From Candidatus Cloacimonadota bacterium (GTDB lineage: Bacteria > Cloacimonadota > Cloacimonadia > Cloacimonadales > WRIO01), in contig JAKQQL010000110.1 of assembly GCA_029564175.1 (NCBI GenBank), forward strand, positions 32,001 to 96,000: a stretch of 64,000 nucleotides of DNA, in the 5' to 3' direction. This document shows, piece after piece, positions 52,917-62,980 of the stretch. Every line of letters starts with the position of its first letter. The stretch's first letter is position 1. A program made the position numbers and the translations under genes. The notes beneath the pieces are model-generated. The model worked only from the letters and a program-made list of their open reading frames with translations, did no database searches and was not told the DNA's origin.

Positions 52917-53681
52917 ATGAAAAAGATAAGTTTGCTCACAGTTATTCTAGTGATGTTTGTAATGCTGAATGCCCAAAGTGTAGCAGTAATAGCTGGAATG
53001 AAGGGAAAAATCAGTATTATCAGAGACAATAAATATCTTACAGCTAAATCAGGTGACGTTCTAAAAAATGCGGATGAGATACAGTCAGGAGAAGAATCCT
53101 ATGCAGCAATCCGATTTGCTGATAATGGGGCGACAACAAAGCTATTCCCTAATTCTACAATGGTTATTAATGCCTCAATAGATGGTAAAATCATGAATAA
53201 ACGAAATTCTATTAGTAAAGGAACAGCACACTCAAAAGTTACTCCAAAATCAGGTAATTATATTATCGAAACTCCAAATACTGTGGCGTCTGTTAAAGGG
53301 ACAGATTTCATTACAACTTATGAAAATAACATAACAACTGTTGGTGTTATTGAAGGAGAAGTGGAAGTAAAAAGTAAAAACAGTGATAAAACTCAGGATG
53401 CTAAAGCTAATGATGTATATCAGGTTGATGATGATGGTAATGTCGATGAACTAGAAGACAGTAATTATATTGAACAAAACACTGAAGATGAAAATCAAGA
53501 TCAACAAGGTAATCAGGGTGAACAAGGCGACCAGGGACAAAATGAAGGCTCTCAGCAAGGTAGCGGATCTACAGGAACAGATTATTCTCAACAACCAGGT
53601 GGTCCTCAGGAAAAAGTACTGGAAATAGAAATTCAAAAGCCAGATGGAATAAAAAAGAAAGTGAGAATCAGATATGAATAG
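52917..53681 (+). CDS. FecR-domain exported protein with acidic Q/G-rich linker
   Basis: GDVL...DEIQSG..SYAAIRF, IETPNTVASVKGTDF, VIEGEVEV. Confidence 0.88.
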   Translation: MKKISLLTVILVMFVMLNAQSVAVIAGMKGKISIIRDNKYLTAKSGDVLKNADEIQSGEESYAAIRFADNGATTKLFPNSTMVINASIDGKIMNKRNSISKGTAHSKVTPKSGNYIIETPNTVASVKGTDFITTYENNITTVGVIEGEVEVKSKNSDKTQDAKANDVYQVDDDGNVDELEDSNYIEQNTEDENQDQQGNQGEQGDQGQNEGSQQGSGSTGTDYSQQPGGPQEKVLEIEIQKPDGIKKKVRIRYE

Positions 53682-56028
53682 ATTCATTCTTGCCTTTATT
53701 CTGATAATGTTTCTTGTTCCTACTGCTATTCTACATGCTTTAAAAGCAAGTCATAATCAGATTATTATTTCTAATGAAAATGACAATCAATTGGTTTTGA
53801 GTATAGATGAAACTGATTCTGATATTAGTCGAATAGTTCTATATTACAAATCAGATAAAGATTTAAACTATAATAGTATAGAATTGTTAACTGAAAATTC
53901 TTCTATGAATTCTTTTTCTTTTTTAGTTCAGTCTGCAATTGATGAAGTGATTAGAAAAGACAGTCATTTCTTTGAATATTATCTAAAAATAATGAATCAA
54001 AATGGGATAGAATTGAGTCTTCCTCAGATTAACCCAGAATTGAATCCTTACAAATCTACAATACAAAGAGAAACTTTTGATGATGCCTTTGTACTTATTT
54101 CACCTGATGATTTAACCGATTTAGTTGAAGGTCAAAATATAGTTATATCATTTTATAATGTAAAAGACCATTTAAACAGAAACAGTGTCAACGTAAAGCT
54201 AAATGGTAAAAATATGGGTTCTAATGTAACAATTGACGATGCTCTCCTTATCATAAAGCTTCCAGGTGCATCAAAAGAAAATAAACTAAATGTCTCTGCT
54301 ACCCTTGATAATGGTCAGAAAATTGAATCACCCTCTTGGGATTTTACAAAGATTAAAAAACCTTCGGCATTTGATTATTATGGAAATCTAACTTTACTTG
54401 CAAATTCCAATAATTATTCAAACTATTCTGATTCACTTGGTCTAGAATCTTCTGATGAACAAGCAGGCATTTTCCAGTTCACAGGTCTCTATAAATGGAT
54501 GATTTTAAAAAATTATCTGCTCTTCTCATCACTTGAAGATTCTCAATCTCAAAAGATAAATAAATACTATCTTGGATTTTTAATGCCATATTTTGATCTA
54601 CATCTGGGAGATTATTCTCCAAACTACTCAGAGTTTACTGTATATAATCGTTCAGTTGATGGTGTAAGCGCAACCATTAAAACAGAAATGTTTCGTCTAG
54701 CGTTAACAAGTGGAAAGATAACAAGAAATGTTAATCCTAAAGACATCAGTTTAACAGATACTTATAGAGCATTTGACAGAGATCATCTATCAGCAAAAGT
54801 CACTTTTGGTAATTCAAATTCTTTTGCATTATCACTTAACATGGCAAAATCAAAAGATAAAGTGAATAGTCTAAAAAAAGAAGCGTATGAAATTTCTGAT
54901 TCAGTTTCTACTGAATATTTAATCCAGGCAAAAGATAACTTTGTGATTGGATCAGATCTGCAATGGCATATGTTCTCCCGAAAATTTACTTTATTTGCAG
55001 AAGTAGCAATGAGTATTTATAACAGCAATATAATTCCTGGAGTGATGACTAAGGATTCTTTAGAAAGCTTTATCGATGATGAATCTCCTATTGACCCTGA
55101 AGCTTTTGAACCTTTAATTGTCATTAACAAAAATATGGAACCTTTTGGTTTTGGCTTAAACAACATGGCAATAAAAACCGGTTTTAATTTGAATGTCTTA
55201 AAAAATAATCTAACTGTTAGCTATAACCAAACAGGCCCATCATTTTATTCACTCAGTTCTACTGGAATCATTCAGGATAAACGAATCATTCGAGTCATGG
55301 ACAATTTCATCCTATCTAATAATTTCTTTATTTCCGGCGGGTATGAACTGACTTCTGACAATACTGTAGATCAGAAAGATTTTACCCTTTCAAACCAGAG
55401 CTACTTTGTGAATCTTAATTATTCACCTAATAATTTGCCGTATTTTTCTATGAATTTTATTAATAATGCTAACTCAGATGACAGACCTGACTCGCTTTCT
55501 ACAAGAATTGATACTAATAGTCAATATATGCAGTTTACAACTGGCTATTCATATAAATTCCTTCCTTTTGCTTACACAACCAGCAGTATCTCATATGGAA
55601 TGGGATTCGATCAGGACAATTCTTCTGTAAAACTTTATGATAATAAGAAAAACGATATTGGACTAAATACAACATTCAGGTTTAATGATTTTCCTTTAAC
55701 TACTAAAATAGGTTTGAACATTAATACCAGTAATGAAAAATCAACACAAGATTTAACTTTAAAATACAATTCATTTTACCTGAATAATGAATATGCTCTT
55801 TTTGATAATAAATTAATACCATTCTTAAATTTTAGAACCAATATGAATAGCGGAGATCAGAATGAAAGTCGTAACCTTCTATTCAGTACAGGTACAAAAT
55901 ATTATCCTTTTAAGAAAACTTGGTTAAGTGCAGACATTTCTTACAAAACATATACTGAGGATAATCCCGTATCAGATAAAGATTATAATCTTTTGATTAG
56001 TCGTTTCCTTATATCTACTTCATTCTGA
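53674..56028 (+). CDS. Putative outer-membrane beta-barrel protein with N-terminal soluble domains
   Basis: Signal peptide; alternating hydrophobic/aromatic beta-strands in the C-terminal ~550 aa; LGDYSPNYSEF; terminal Phe (FLISTSF). Confidence 0.7.
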   Translation: MNRFILAFILIMFLVPTAILHALKASHNQIIISNENDNQLVLSIDETDSDISRIVLYYKSDKDLNYNSIELLTENSSMNSFSFLVQSAIDEVIRKDSHFFEYYLKIMNQNGIELSLPQINPELNPYKSTIQRETFDDAFVLISPDDLTDLVEGQNIVISFYNVKDHLNRNSVNVKLNGKNMGSNVTIDDALLIIKLPGASKENKLNVSATLDNGQKIESPSWDFTKIKKPSAFDYYGNLTLLANSNNYSNYSDSLGLESSDEQAGIFQFTGLYKWMILKNYLLFSSLEDSQSQKINKYYLGFLMPYFDLHLGDYSPNYSEFTVYNRSVDGVSATIKTEMFRLALTSGKITRNVNPKDISLTDTYRAFDRDHLSAKVTFGNSNSFALSLNMAKSKDKVNSLKKEAYEISDSVSTEYLIQAKDNFVIGSDLQWHMFSRKFTLFAEVAMSIYNSNIIPGVMTKDSLESFIDDESPIDPEAFEPLIVINKNMEPFGFGLNNMAIKTGFNLNVLKNNLTVSYNQTGPSFYSLSSTGIIQDKRIIRVMDNFILSNNFFISGGYELTSDNTVDQKDFTLSNQSYFVNLNYSPNNLPYFSMNFINNANSDDRPDSLSTRIDTNSQYMQFTTGYSYKFLPFAYTTSSISYGMGFDQDNSSVKLYDNKKNDIGLNTTFRFNDFPLTTKIGLNINTSNEKSTQDLTLKYNSFYLNNEYALFDNKLIPFLNFRTNMNSGDQNESRNLLFSTGTKYYPFKKTWLSADISYKTYTEDNPVSDKDYNLLISRFLISTSF

Positions 56029-56031
56029 TAA

Positions 56032-57924
56032 ATGAGTATAAAAGGGATTTTTATTCTTTTATTTGCACTTGTTGCCCTTGTGGTAACAAGTGCGTTTTTT
56101 TATACCAGTTATGGGGAACACCTTGAATCAAAAGTATATGATTTATTTTTAAAACAGAAAAGCAAACAGAATCCTATTTCAAATGACATAATAATTGTCT
56201 CTGTAGATGATGAAACCTTTCAGGCTTTTGATATTCAATGGCCATTTCCAAGAGAGTATCATGCTCACTTGATTAGGAATTTAAAAAAACTGGGAGCTAA
56301 ACAGATTATCTTCGATATTGAATTTGCTGAATCATATAAAAAACATATAGATTCTGATTTAGGTCTTGCAGCTAAAGAACATGGCAATGTTATCTTTGCA
56401 GGTAAAATATATCAGTCTGTTCAAAACAATTATTTAATGACAACCATTTTACCCCCTGTTGCTGAAATCAGGAATCATAATCAGCAATGGGGCATCGTCA
56501 ATATGCCTGGAGACAGTGATGGATTTGTGAGAAAATATAATTTGTATCATCAGGTGAATCAACAGACATTTTATTCTCTTGCATTAAAAAGCTTTATGAA
56601 CCTTCACAAAACAAATATCGAACGTCATAAGAACATTCTTATAGTAGGTGATCTGAAGATTCCTATTGTACAACAGAATGAAGTCCTTATCAACTACTAT
56701 GGCACACCAAAATACTTTAAACATATATCTTATTCAAGTGTTATTGATGATAGTTCATTTCATCTACCAATTGAAGAATTCTTTGAGATTAATGATTTTT
56801 ATCATTTGCAAAAGACAAGAGTGTTTCAGGATAAAATTGTTCTGATAGGAGCAACAGTAGATGAATTAAAAGATAATTTTCATACTCCGGTAAATCCTAA
56901 AAATCATCTGATGGCAGGAGTAGAAATACATGCCAATATGTTACAAATGCTTTTAGATAAACATTTTATCAAAAAAGTATCCTTTACTTGGTATCTTTTT
57001 TATTCTGGAATTATTTTAATTTTGTTATCCAATCTGTTTTATAAATTGAAACCACATATCAGTTTGATCTTTAGTTTACTGATCATTTTTTTATACGTTT
57101 TGATCTCATTTCAGCTTTTCAGTAAAATGAATATCTTTATTCCAATACTTGTTTTGCCAGTAATGATATTGATTTTATATTTTTGTTATCTGATTTATCA
57201 CTATCTCATGGAAAATAAAGAAAAAAAAGCAATAAAAAAAACATTTCAACATTATATGGCTCCCGCTCTGGTTAAAGAACTTCTTAAATCTCCCGATAAA
57301 TTAAAATACGGTGGATCACAGACTGAAATCACAGTGTTATTCTCAGATATCAGATCATTTACAACATATACAGAATCACATGATGTCGAAGATACGGTTT
57401 CTATGTTAAGAGAATATTTAACTGAAATGGTCAATACTATTATTAACAACCAGGGTATTCTGGACAAGTTTGTCGGTGATGAAGTGATGGCACTTTTCAA
57501 TACACCTGTTCCTATTGAAAATCATGCATTAAAAGCCTGTTATTGTGCAATGGAAATGATAGACAGATTGAGGCTATTACAGGATAAATGGAGAAGTGAA
57601 GGACGAGAAATTATCAATATTGGAATTGGTATTAATACTGGAATGGCAGTAGTTGGAAATCTGGGTTCAGAACAAATTTTTGATTACACTGCAATTGGTG
57701 ATACCGTAAATTTAGGAGCCAGACTGGAAGCTTTAAATAAAAACTATAATACCAAAAACCATATCATAATTAGTGAGTTTACACTTGAAAAAGTGAAAGA
57801 TTATATTGAATATGAGTATCTGGATGAAGTAATTGTCAAGGGGAAAACAAAAGCAATAAAGATTTATCAACTCCTCTCGATTAATGATTACGTTTATCTG
57901 TATCAAGAAAAAGACAAGAAATAA
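56032..57924 (+). CDS. CHASE2-domain class III adenylate cyclase
   Basis: WPFPR..HA, FDIEF, DSDGFVR, KIVLIG, D.FHTP, GVEIHAN (CHASE2); 3 TM; FSDIRSFT, DKFVGD, DYTAIGDTVNLGARLE. Confidence 0.93.
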   Translation: MSIKGIFILLFALVALVVTSAFFYTSYGEHLESKVYDLFLKQKSKQNPISNDIIIVSVDDETFQAFDIQWPFPREYHAHLIRNLKKLGAKQIIFDIEFAESYKKHIDSDLGLAAKEHGNVIFAGKIYQSVQNNYLMTTILPPVAEIRNHNQQWGIVNMPGDSDGFVRKYNLYHQVNQQTFYSLALKSFMNLHKTNIERHKNILIVGDLKIPIVQQNEVLINYYGTPKYFKHISYSSVIDDSSFHLPIEEFFEINDFYHLQKTRVFQDKIVLIGATVDELKDNFHTPVNPKNHLMAGVEIHANMLQMLLDKHFIKKVSFTWYLFYSGIILILLSNLFYKLKPHISLIFSLLIIFLYVLISFQLFSKMNIFIPILVLPVMILILYFCYLIYHYLMENKEKKAIKKTFQHYMAPALVKELLKSPDKLKYGGSQTEITVLFSDIRSFTTYTESHDVEDTVSMLREYLTEMVNTIINNQGILDKFVGDEVMALFNTPVPIENHALKACYCAMEMIDRLRLLQDKWRSEGREIINIGIGINTGMAVVGNLGSEQIFDYTAIGDTVNLGARLEALNKNYNTKNHIIISEFTLEKVKDYIEYEYLDEVIVKGKTKAIKIYQLLSINDYVYLYQEKDKK

Positions 57925-57938
57925 ATACGAGGTTTTTT

Positions 57939-58853
57939 ATGTCGAAAAAAGTAATTGTTCTATGTGGCGGATTTTCTGAAGAAAAGGAAGTCTCCAAAAA
58001 AAGTTCATCAGCAATATCAGGAGCATTAATTGATAATGGTTTTAATGTTGAGCTTGTTGATCCTGTAGATTTCTCATCTTATAGTGATCTGGTTAACTAC
58101 ATCAAACATAAAAATCCATATATCGTTTTTAATGGATTACATGGAGCAGAAGGTGAAGATGGAAGAATTCAATCTATTCTTTCTCTTGAAAAAATTCATT
58201 TTACCGGTTCCAAACATACAGGTAGTGCGATTGCCATGAATAAATATGTCTCTACATTGATTGCAAAATCTATAGGTGTTCCAAGTCCAAAACAAGTTCT
58301 TCTGACACAAAAAAGAAGTTTAACAGACGAAGAGATTGAAATGATAGGATTACCACTGATTGTAAAACCAAACTCAAATGGATCATCCGTAGGAGTTCAT
58401 ATTGTCAAAGAGAAACAAAATTTAGAAAAAGCTGTAACAGATGCTTATCTTTATGATACTGAGGTACTCTGTCAGCAGTTTATTCCAGGTAGAGAGCTTA
58501 CAGTAAGTGTTTTAGGTAATGAGGTATTACCTGTGGTAGAAATCATCCCAAATGAAGGTTTTTATGATTATACTAATAAATATACTAAAGGAAAAACATC
58601 TTATGTTTGTCCTGCAGATTTAAATGATAATGAAGTGCTTGTCATTCAAAAATTTGCCAAAGATATTTTCCATACTTGTTCTTGCTCAGTATATGGTCGG
58701 GTTGATTTTAGATATGATGGTAATCATTTTTATTTCCTAGAAATCAATACCTTACCTGGAATGACTGAGTTAAGTTTAACCCCTATGGCTGCTAAAGCAG
58801 TTGGATTATCCTTTGATAGCTTGATTAAAAGAATTATTGAACTGTCAGTATAG
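57939..58853 (+). CDS. ddl: D-alanine--D-alanine ligase
   Basis: GGFSEEKEVS, LHG..GEDG.IQ, GSSVG, FYDY..KY, EINTLPGMT. Confidence 0.96.
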   Translation: MSKKVIVLCGGFSEEKEVSKKSSSAISGALIDNGFNVELVDPVDFSSYSDLVNYIKHKNPYIVFNGLHGAEGEDGRIQSILSLEKIHFTGSKHTGSAIAMNKYVSTLIAKSIGVPSPKQVLLTQKRSLTDEEIEMIGLPLIVKPNSNGSSVGVHIVKEKQNLEKAVTDAYLYDTEVLCQQFIPGRELTVSVLGNEVLPVVEIIPNEGFYDYTNKYTKGKTSYVCPADLNDNEVLVIQKFAKDIFHTCSCSVYGRVDFRYDGNHFYFLEINTLPGMTELSLTPMAAKAVGLSFDSLIKRIIELSV

Positions 58854-58861
58854 TATAAATG

Positions 58862-58892
58862 AAAAAAAGAGGCGCTTAATCAGCGCCTCTTT
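58862..58892. terminator. Bidirectional terminator between ddl and hydB
   Basis: A7-GAGGCGCT-TAATC-AGCGCCTC-TTT. Confidence 0.85.
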
Positions 58893-58910
58893 ATATTATT
58901 GACTTAAATA

Positions 58911-60758
58911 TTAATATTCCAATGCTTCCTGAGCTAAGTCTTGAAGTTTCTTTTTCATATCGTCATGCATACCGGATTCTTTTGTGATTGCTTTCACAGG
59001 GCATACTTCCAGACAGTTACCACATTTTACGCAGTCAACCTGAGTGATTGTATATTTATCCTGACGACTTCCTGATATACATGAAACAGGACATCTTCTT
59101 GCACATAAAGAACAACCGATACACTTGTCTTTATTGATATTGAAGTGCATTAAATCGAGACATACTTTTGCAGGGCAAGCCTGTTCATTAATATGTGCTT
59201 CATATTCTTCTCTGAAATATTTTATTGTGCTTAAAACAGGGTTTGGAGCTGATTGTCCAAGTCCACAAAGAGATAATTGTTTGATACTATTTCCAAGAGT
59301 AATCAACTCATCGATATCACCAGGTTTTCCTTTTCCTTTTGTGATTCTTTCCAGAATTTCATACATTTGTCTTAAACCAATACGGCATGGAGCGCATTTT
59401 CCACATGATTCATCAACAGAGAAGTCAAGGAAGAATTTTGCAATGTTGACCATACAATTTGTGTCATTCATTACAATTACACCACCGGAGCCCATCATGG
59501 CACCTTTTTCTTTTAAAGTTTCATAATCAACTTTAACGTCAAGGTGATCATTGGTTAGGCATCCGCCAGAAGGTCCGCCAAGCTGAACTGCTTTAAATTT
59601 GTGATCACCTACAATACCGCCACCGACTTCAAAGATAAGATCTTTGATTGTAATACCCATTGGTACTTCAACGAGACCAGTATTTTGAATATCACCTGTG
59701 AGTGCAAACACTTTGGTGCCTTTTGATGTTTCAGTTCCCATGCTCGCAAACCAGTCAGTACCTTTTAAAAATATAGTTGCCAGATTACCCAGTGTTTCAA
59801 CGTTGTTAACAAGGGTTGGTTTGCTCCATAAACCTTCATTGGCAGGGTATGGTGGTTTTGGTAATGGTTGGCCTCTGCGTCCCATAATTGAAGCGATTAA
59901 TGCCGTTTCTTCTCCACATACGAATGCTCCCGCACCAGTACGAACCTGAGCGTCAAAACAGAAATCAGTTCCAAGTATATTGTTACCCATGAGACCAAAT
60001 TCTTTTGCTTGTTCAATCGCTAATTTGATTCGTTTGATAGCAAGCGGGTATTCAGCTCTGATATAGAAGTAACCTTCTGAAGCACCAACAGCATAAGCCG
60101 CAAGCATCATTCCTTCAAGTACTCTGTGTGGATCACCTTCTAACAAAGAGCGATCCATGAAAGCACCTGGGTCACCCTCGTCAGCATTACATACAACGTA
60201 TTTCTGATCACCTTTAGCGTTTCTAACAAACTGCCATTTCATACCAGTTGGGAAACCAGCACCGCCACGGCCTCTTAATCCAGATCGTTTAACGACTTCA
60301 ATTGCTTCTTCCGGTGTACCATTCAGTGCATTGCCTAAGGCTTCATAACCGCCTAGAGCAATATATTCTTCAATTTTTTCTGGGTTTAAATAACCACAGT
60401 TTTCAAGAGCTACTTTTACCTGTTTTTGGTAGAAAGGAATTTCTTCCTTTGTAGCAAGTGCTTTGTCATCTTCCTGTTGCATTAAACGTTTAACAGGACG
60501 TCCTTTGATAAAGTGTTCATTTACGATTTCTTCTACATCTTCAGGCACGACTTTTTTATAAAAAATTCCTTCAGGATAAACCATCATAACAGGACCAAAA
60601 TCACATGGTCCCATACAACCTGTTTCAATGATGTTGATTTCATCAGAAATGTTGTTTTGATGGAGTACTTCGATCATTCTTTCTTTGATACGAAGTGCAC
60701 CTGCAGAAACGCATCCTGATCCACAGCAGATCAGGAGATCGATTCGCTTTGTTGGCAT
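58911..60758 (-). CDS. hydB: NuoF-like diaphorase subunit of a bifurcating [FeFe]-hydrogenase (HydB/HndC)
   Basis: GLRGRGGAGFPTG, NADEGDPGAFMDR, GAGAFVCGEETAL, ESCGKC.PCR, two C-terminal 4Fe-4S motifs. Confidence 0.92.
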   Translation of the reverse strand: MPTKRIDLLICCGSGCVSAGALRIKERMIEVLHQNNISDEINIIETGCMGPCDFGPVMMVYPEGIFYKKVVPEDVEEIVNEHFIKGRPVKRLMQQEDDKALATKEEIPFYQKQVKVALENCGYLNPEKIEEYIALGGYEALGNALNGTPEEAIEVVKRSGLRGRGGAGFPTGMKWQFVRNAKGDQKYVVCNADEGDPGAFMDRSLLEGDPHRVLEGMMLAAYAVGASEGYFYIRAEYPLAIKRIKLAIEQAKEFGLMGNNILGTDFCFDAQVRTGAGAFVCGEETALIASIMGRRGQPLPKPPYPANEGLWSKPTLVNNVETLGNLATIFLKGTDWFASMGTETSKGTKVFALTGDIQNTGLVEVPMGITIKDLIFEVGGGIVGDHKFKAVQLGGPSGGCLTNDHLDVKVDYETLKEKGAMMGSGGVIVMNDTNCMVNIAKFFLDFSVDESCGKCAPCRIGLRQMYEILERITKGKGKPGDIDELITLGNSIKQLSLCGLGQSAPNPVLSTIKYFREEYEAHINEQACPAKVCLDLMHFNINKDKCIGCSLCARRCPVSCISGSRQDKYTITQVDCVKCGNCLEVCPVKAITKESGMHDDMKKKLQDLAQEALEY

Positions 60759-60769
60759 TTTGGATCCTC

Positions 60770-61135
60770 CTATTTTTCTGTTGAGATAATAAACTCTTTA
60801 ACAGGATTACCGTTTACTAGATGTTCTACAACCACTTTTCTCGCTTTGTCAGCGGTCATATTTCCATAAGTAACACCAGGTTTTCCTTCTTCAATGACGT
60901 CCACAACCGGTTCCATTGATGAAAAACCTTTTTCTCCTGTTTGAGTAACCACTACATCGGTTAAGCTACGGGTAGCAACTTCGTCTAAGAATGCTTTCAT
61001 GACGTCTCTTGCACCCATGGCGATTCCAGAGGTCCCCATACCAACGATTACTTTTACACGAACATTACTATTACGTAGTTTCATTTCCTGTTGCGCTTTT
61101 TCGCGAATCGCTTTAAGGTCTGCTAAAGTTTTCAT
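60770..61135 (-). CDS. Thioredoxin-like ferredoxin subunit (HydD/HndB-like) with no cysteines
   Basis: VIVGMGTSGIAMGA, QTGEKGFSSMEPVV, EHLVNG.PV; Ser/Glu where the family has Cys. Confidence 0.8.
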   Translation of the reverse strand: MKTLADLKAIREKAQQEMKLRNSNVRVKVIVGMGTSGIAMGARDVMKAFLDEVATRSLTDVVVTQTGEKGFSSMEPVVDVIEEGKPGVTYGNMTADKARKVVVEHLVNGNPVKEFIISTEK

Positions 61136-61707
61136 TAGAATTCCTCCAATTTTATATTTTTTATACCCTCATTTAATGTTTCATTTAAATACTGTATTAC
61201 ATCCGGCCATGTAATCGGTATATCCCCAAGCTCCGATTTAATTATCCGAGTATCCAGTACAAATTCACTCATTTCATTATGTTTATGAATATGATATAAT
61301 CTGATATTAAAATCAATATCAGAATGGCCTAAAATTGAACCTATCATAGTATCCTGAACGTTACCCAAAGGCATACGGTCTATATGATCGTATTGAAATT
61401 CAGCCTTTAAACTGGTTCCTTCATTAATAACGGATGTCATTAAAAACATACCGTTGCACCATTCAGCGTTCTGTTTGAATAAAGGGATACCCAACCCCAC
61501 TTTTTTTTGTCTTTCTGATTTGGAAGTATAGAAGGGATTTTGGGCATTTTCAAGTGTCTGCTGATCCATGCCGGTTCCATCGTCATTAATTTCAATACTG
61601 ATAACATTTTTAATCTCGTCAATACCAATGGTAATGTCAATTAACTGAGAGCTAGCTCTGGCAGAATTTTCAATAATATCGAGAATATGTAATGATAAAT
61701 CCTGCAT
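61135..61707 (-). CDS. Stand-alone HATPase_c (histidine-kinase-like ATPase)
   Basis: DLSLHILDIIENS, DDGTGM, PFYTSK, GLGIPLF, HIDRMPLG. Confidence 0.85.
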   Translation of the reverse strand: MQDLSLHILDIIENSARASSQLIDITIGIDEIKNVISIEINDDGTGMDQQTLENAQNPFYTSKSERQKKVGLGIPLFKQNAEWCNGMFLMTSVINEGTSLKAEFQYDHIDRMPLGNVQDTMIGSILGHSDIDFNIRLYHIHKHNEMSEFVLDTRIIKSELGDIPITWPDVIQYLNETLNEGIKNIKLEEF

Positions 61708-61718
61708 TTTAATACTTT

Positions 61719-62207
61719 CTATGCACGGTATTTGTTAATGATTTCTTTTAATTTGTCACGATTATCAATACGTCCATAAGTATCTTCTCCAATAACAAAA
61801 ACTGGAGCAAGTGAACATGCACCAACACAACGAACTGCTGATAATGAGAACTGGCGATCTTCTGTAGTATCGCCGATCTGGATTCCCAATTCATCAGAGA
61901 TCATCTGAAGAATTCTTGGTGCACCTTTTACAAAGCAAGCAGTACCTGTGCATACATTGATAATGTGTTTTCCACGGGGTTTCATTGAGAAGAAGTTATA
62001 AAAAGTGACGACACCATAAACCTGGCTAACCGGAATGCCGAGTTCTCTGGCAACGTATTCCTGTACTTCAACAGGCAGATATCCAAATATTTCCTGAGCC
62101 TGATGAAGGATCTCAATAAGTGGATTAGTAAGCTGTTTTTTTTCATCAATGACTTTTTGTAGCTTTTCGTATAAGCTGTTTGTGTCATTTTCTGTTGCGT
62201 TACACAT
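61719..62207 (-). CDS. hydC: NuoE-like [2Fe-2S] subunit (HydC/HndA)
   Basis: YGVVTFY, VCTGTACFVKG, RCVGACSLAP. Confidence 0.92.
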   Translation of the reverse strand: MCNATENDTNSLYEKLQKVIDEKKQLTNPLIEILHQAQEIFGYLPVEVQEYVARELGIPVSQVYGVVTFYNFFSMKPRGKHIINVCTGTACFVKGAPRILQMISDELGIQIGDTTEDRQFSLSAVRCVGACSLAPVFVIGEDTYGRIDNRDKLKEIINKYRA

Positions 62208-62230
62208 TTTTCCTCCTGATATTCTTTTAT

Positions 62231-62968
62231 TTATGAAATGATTTTTCTTCCATCTAAGCCTGTACAGGCTTTTCTAATTTCTGCCACAGTAGGCTCATTT
62301 ATATAGAACTTTGAGTAGCCTGATGCGATATCCTGAGGATAATGAGCATCGGAACTTCTCACTAAAGTATATTTTTTTAAAGCAGGGTATTTTGTAAACA
62401 AATTTTCCACATTACATTTAGCACTGATTCCAATTGCTTTAAAATCAGGGTATTCAGGCATAAATCCTAATTGCGCTAAAATACTGAATGAAGTAGCATC
62501 TTCATGAGCCGGATAACAAAACCCATTGTATTCTGTGACTTTTTCATAAGTTTCATCCAAAGTCCACATTGATGAGTTAATCAATGCTTTTTCTTCAAAT
62601 CCGATAATTTCGTCATTTTCGCCTATTATTACCTGGTCACCAAAATAATCAGGATCATTTTTCATAGGCAACAGAGAATCATACAATTCATTCTGGAATG
62701 CATAGCCCTCTCTATGAGTATCAAAAAAAGCCAGAATATGAATTTCTTCCTGAGTTTGGATTTCGACACCCATGAGACAAGTTAATCCAGCTTCTAATGC
62801 TTTATGATAATATGCTTTAAAATTTAACATCCGATTATGATCAGTAATCGCAAAAATTTCAATATTCTTTTCTAACAAGGCATTAATAACAGTCTGAGGT
62901 GACATGTCAAGGTCTCCACAGGGAGATAATACAGAATGAATATGAAGATCTGCATTATACCATTTCAT
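62231..62968 (-). CDS. PHP-family phosphoesterase
   Basis: DLHIHSVLSPC, AITDHN, EEIH, SSDAH. Confidence 0.9.
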   Translation of the reverse strand: MKWYNADLHIHSVLSPCGDLDMSPQTVINALLEKNIEIFAITDHNRMLNFKAYYHKALEAGLTCLMGVEIQTQEEIHILAFFDTHREGYAFQNELYDSLLPMKNDPDYFGDQVIIGENDEIIGFEEKALINSSMWTLDETYEKVTEYNGFCYPAHEDATSFSILAQLGFMPEYPDFKAIGISAKCNVENLFTKYPALKKYTLVRSSDAHYPQDIASGYSKFYINEPTVAEIRKACTGLDGRKIIS

Positions 62969-62980
62969 ATTTTTAATAGA

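Noticed and set aside
59125..60719. Plus-strand ORFs inside hydB
   Set aside because: Antisense shadows with no independent evidence
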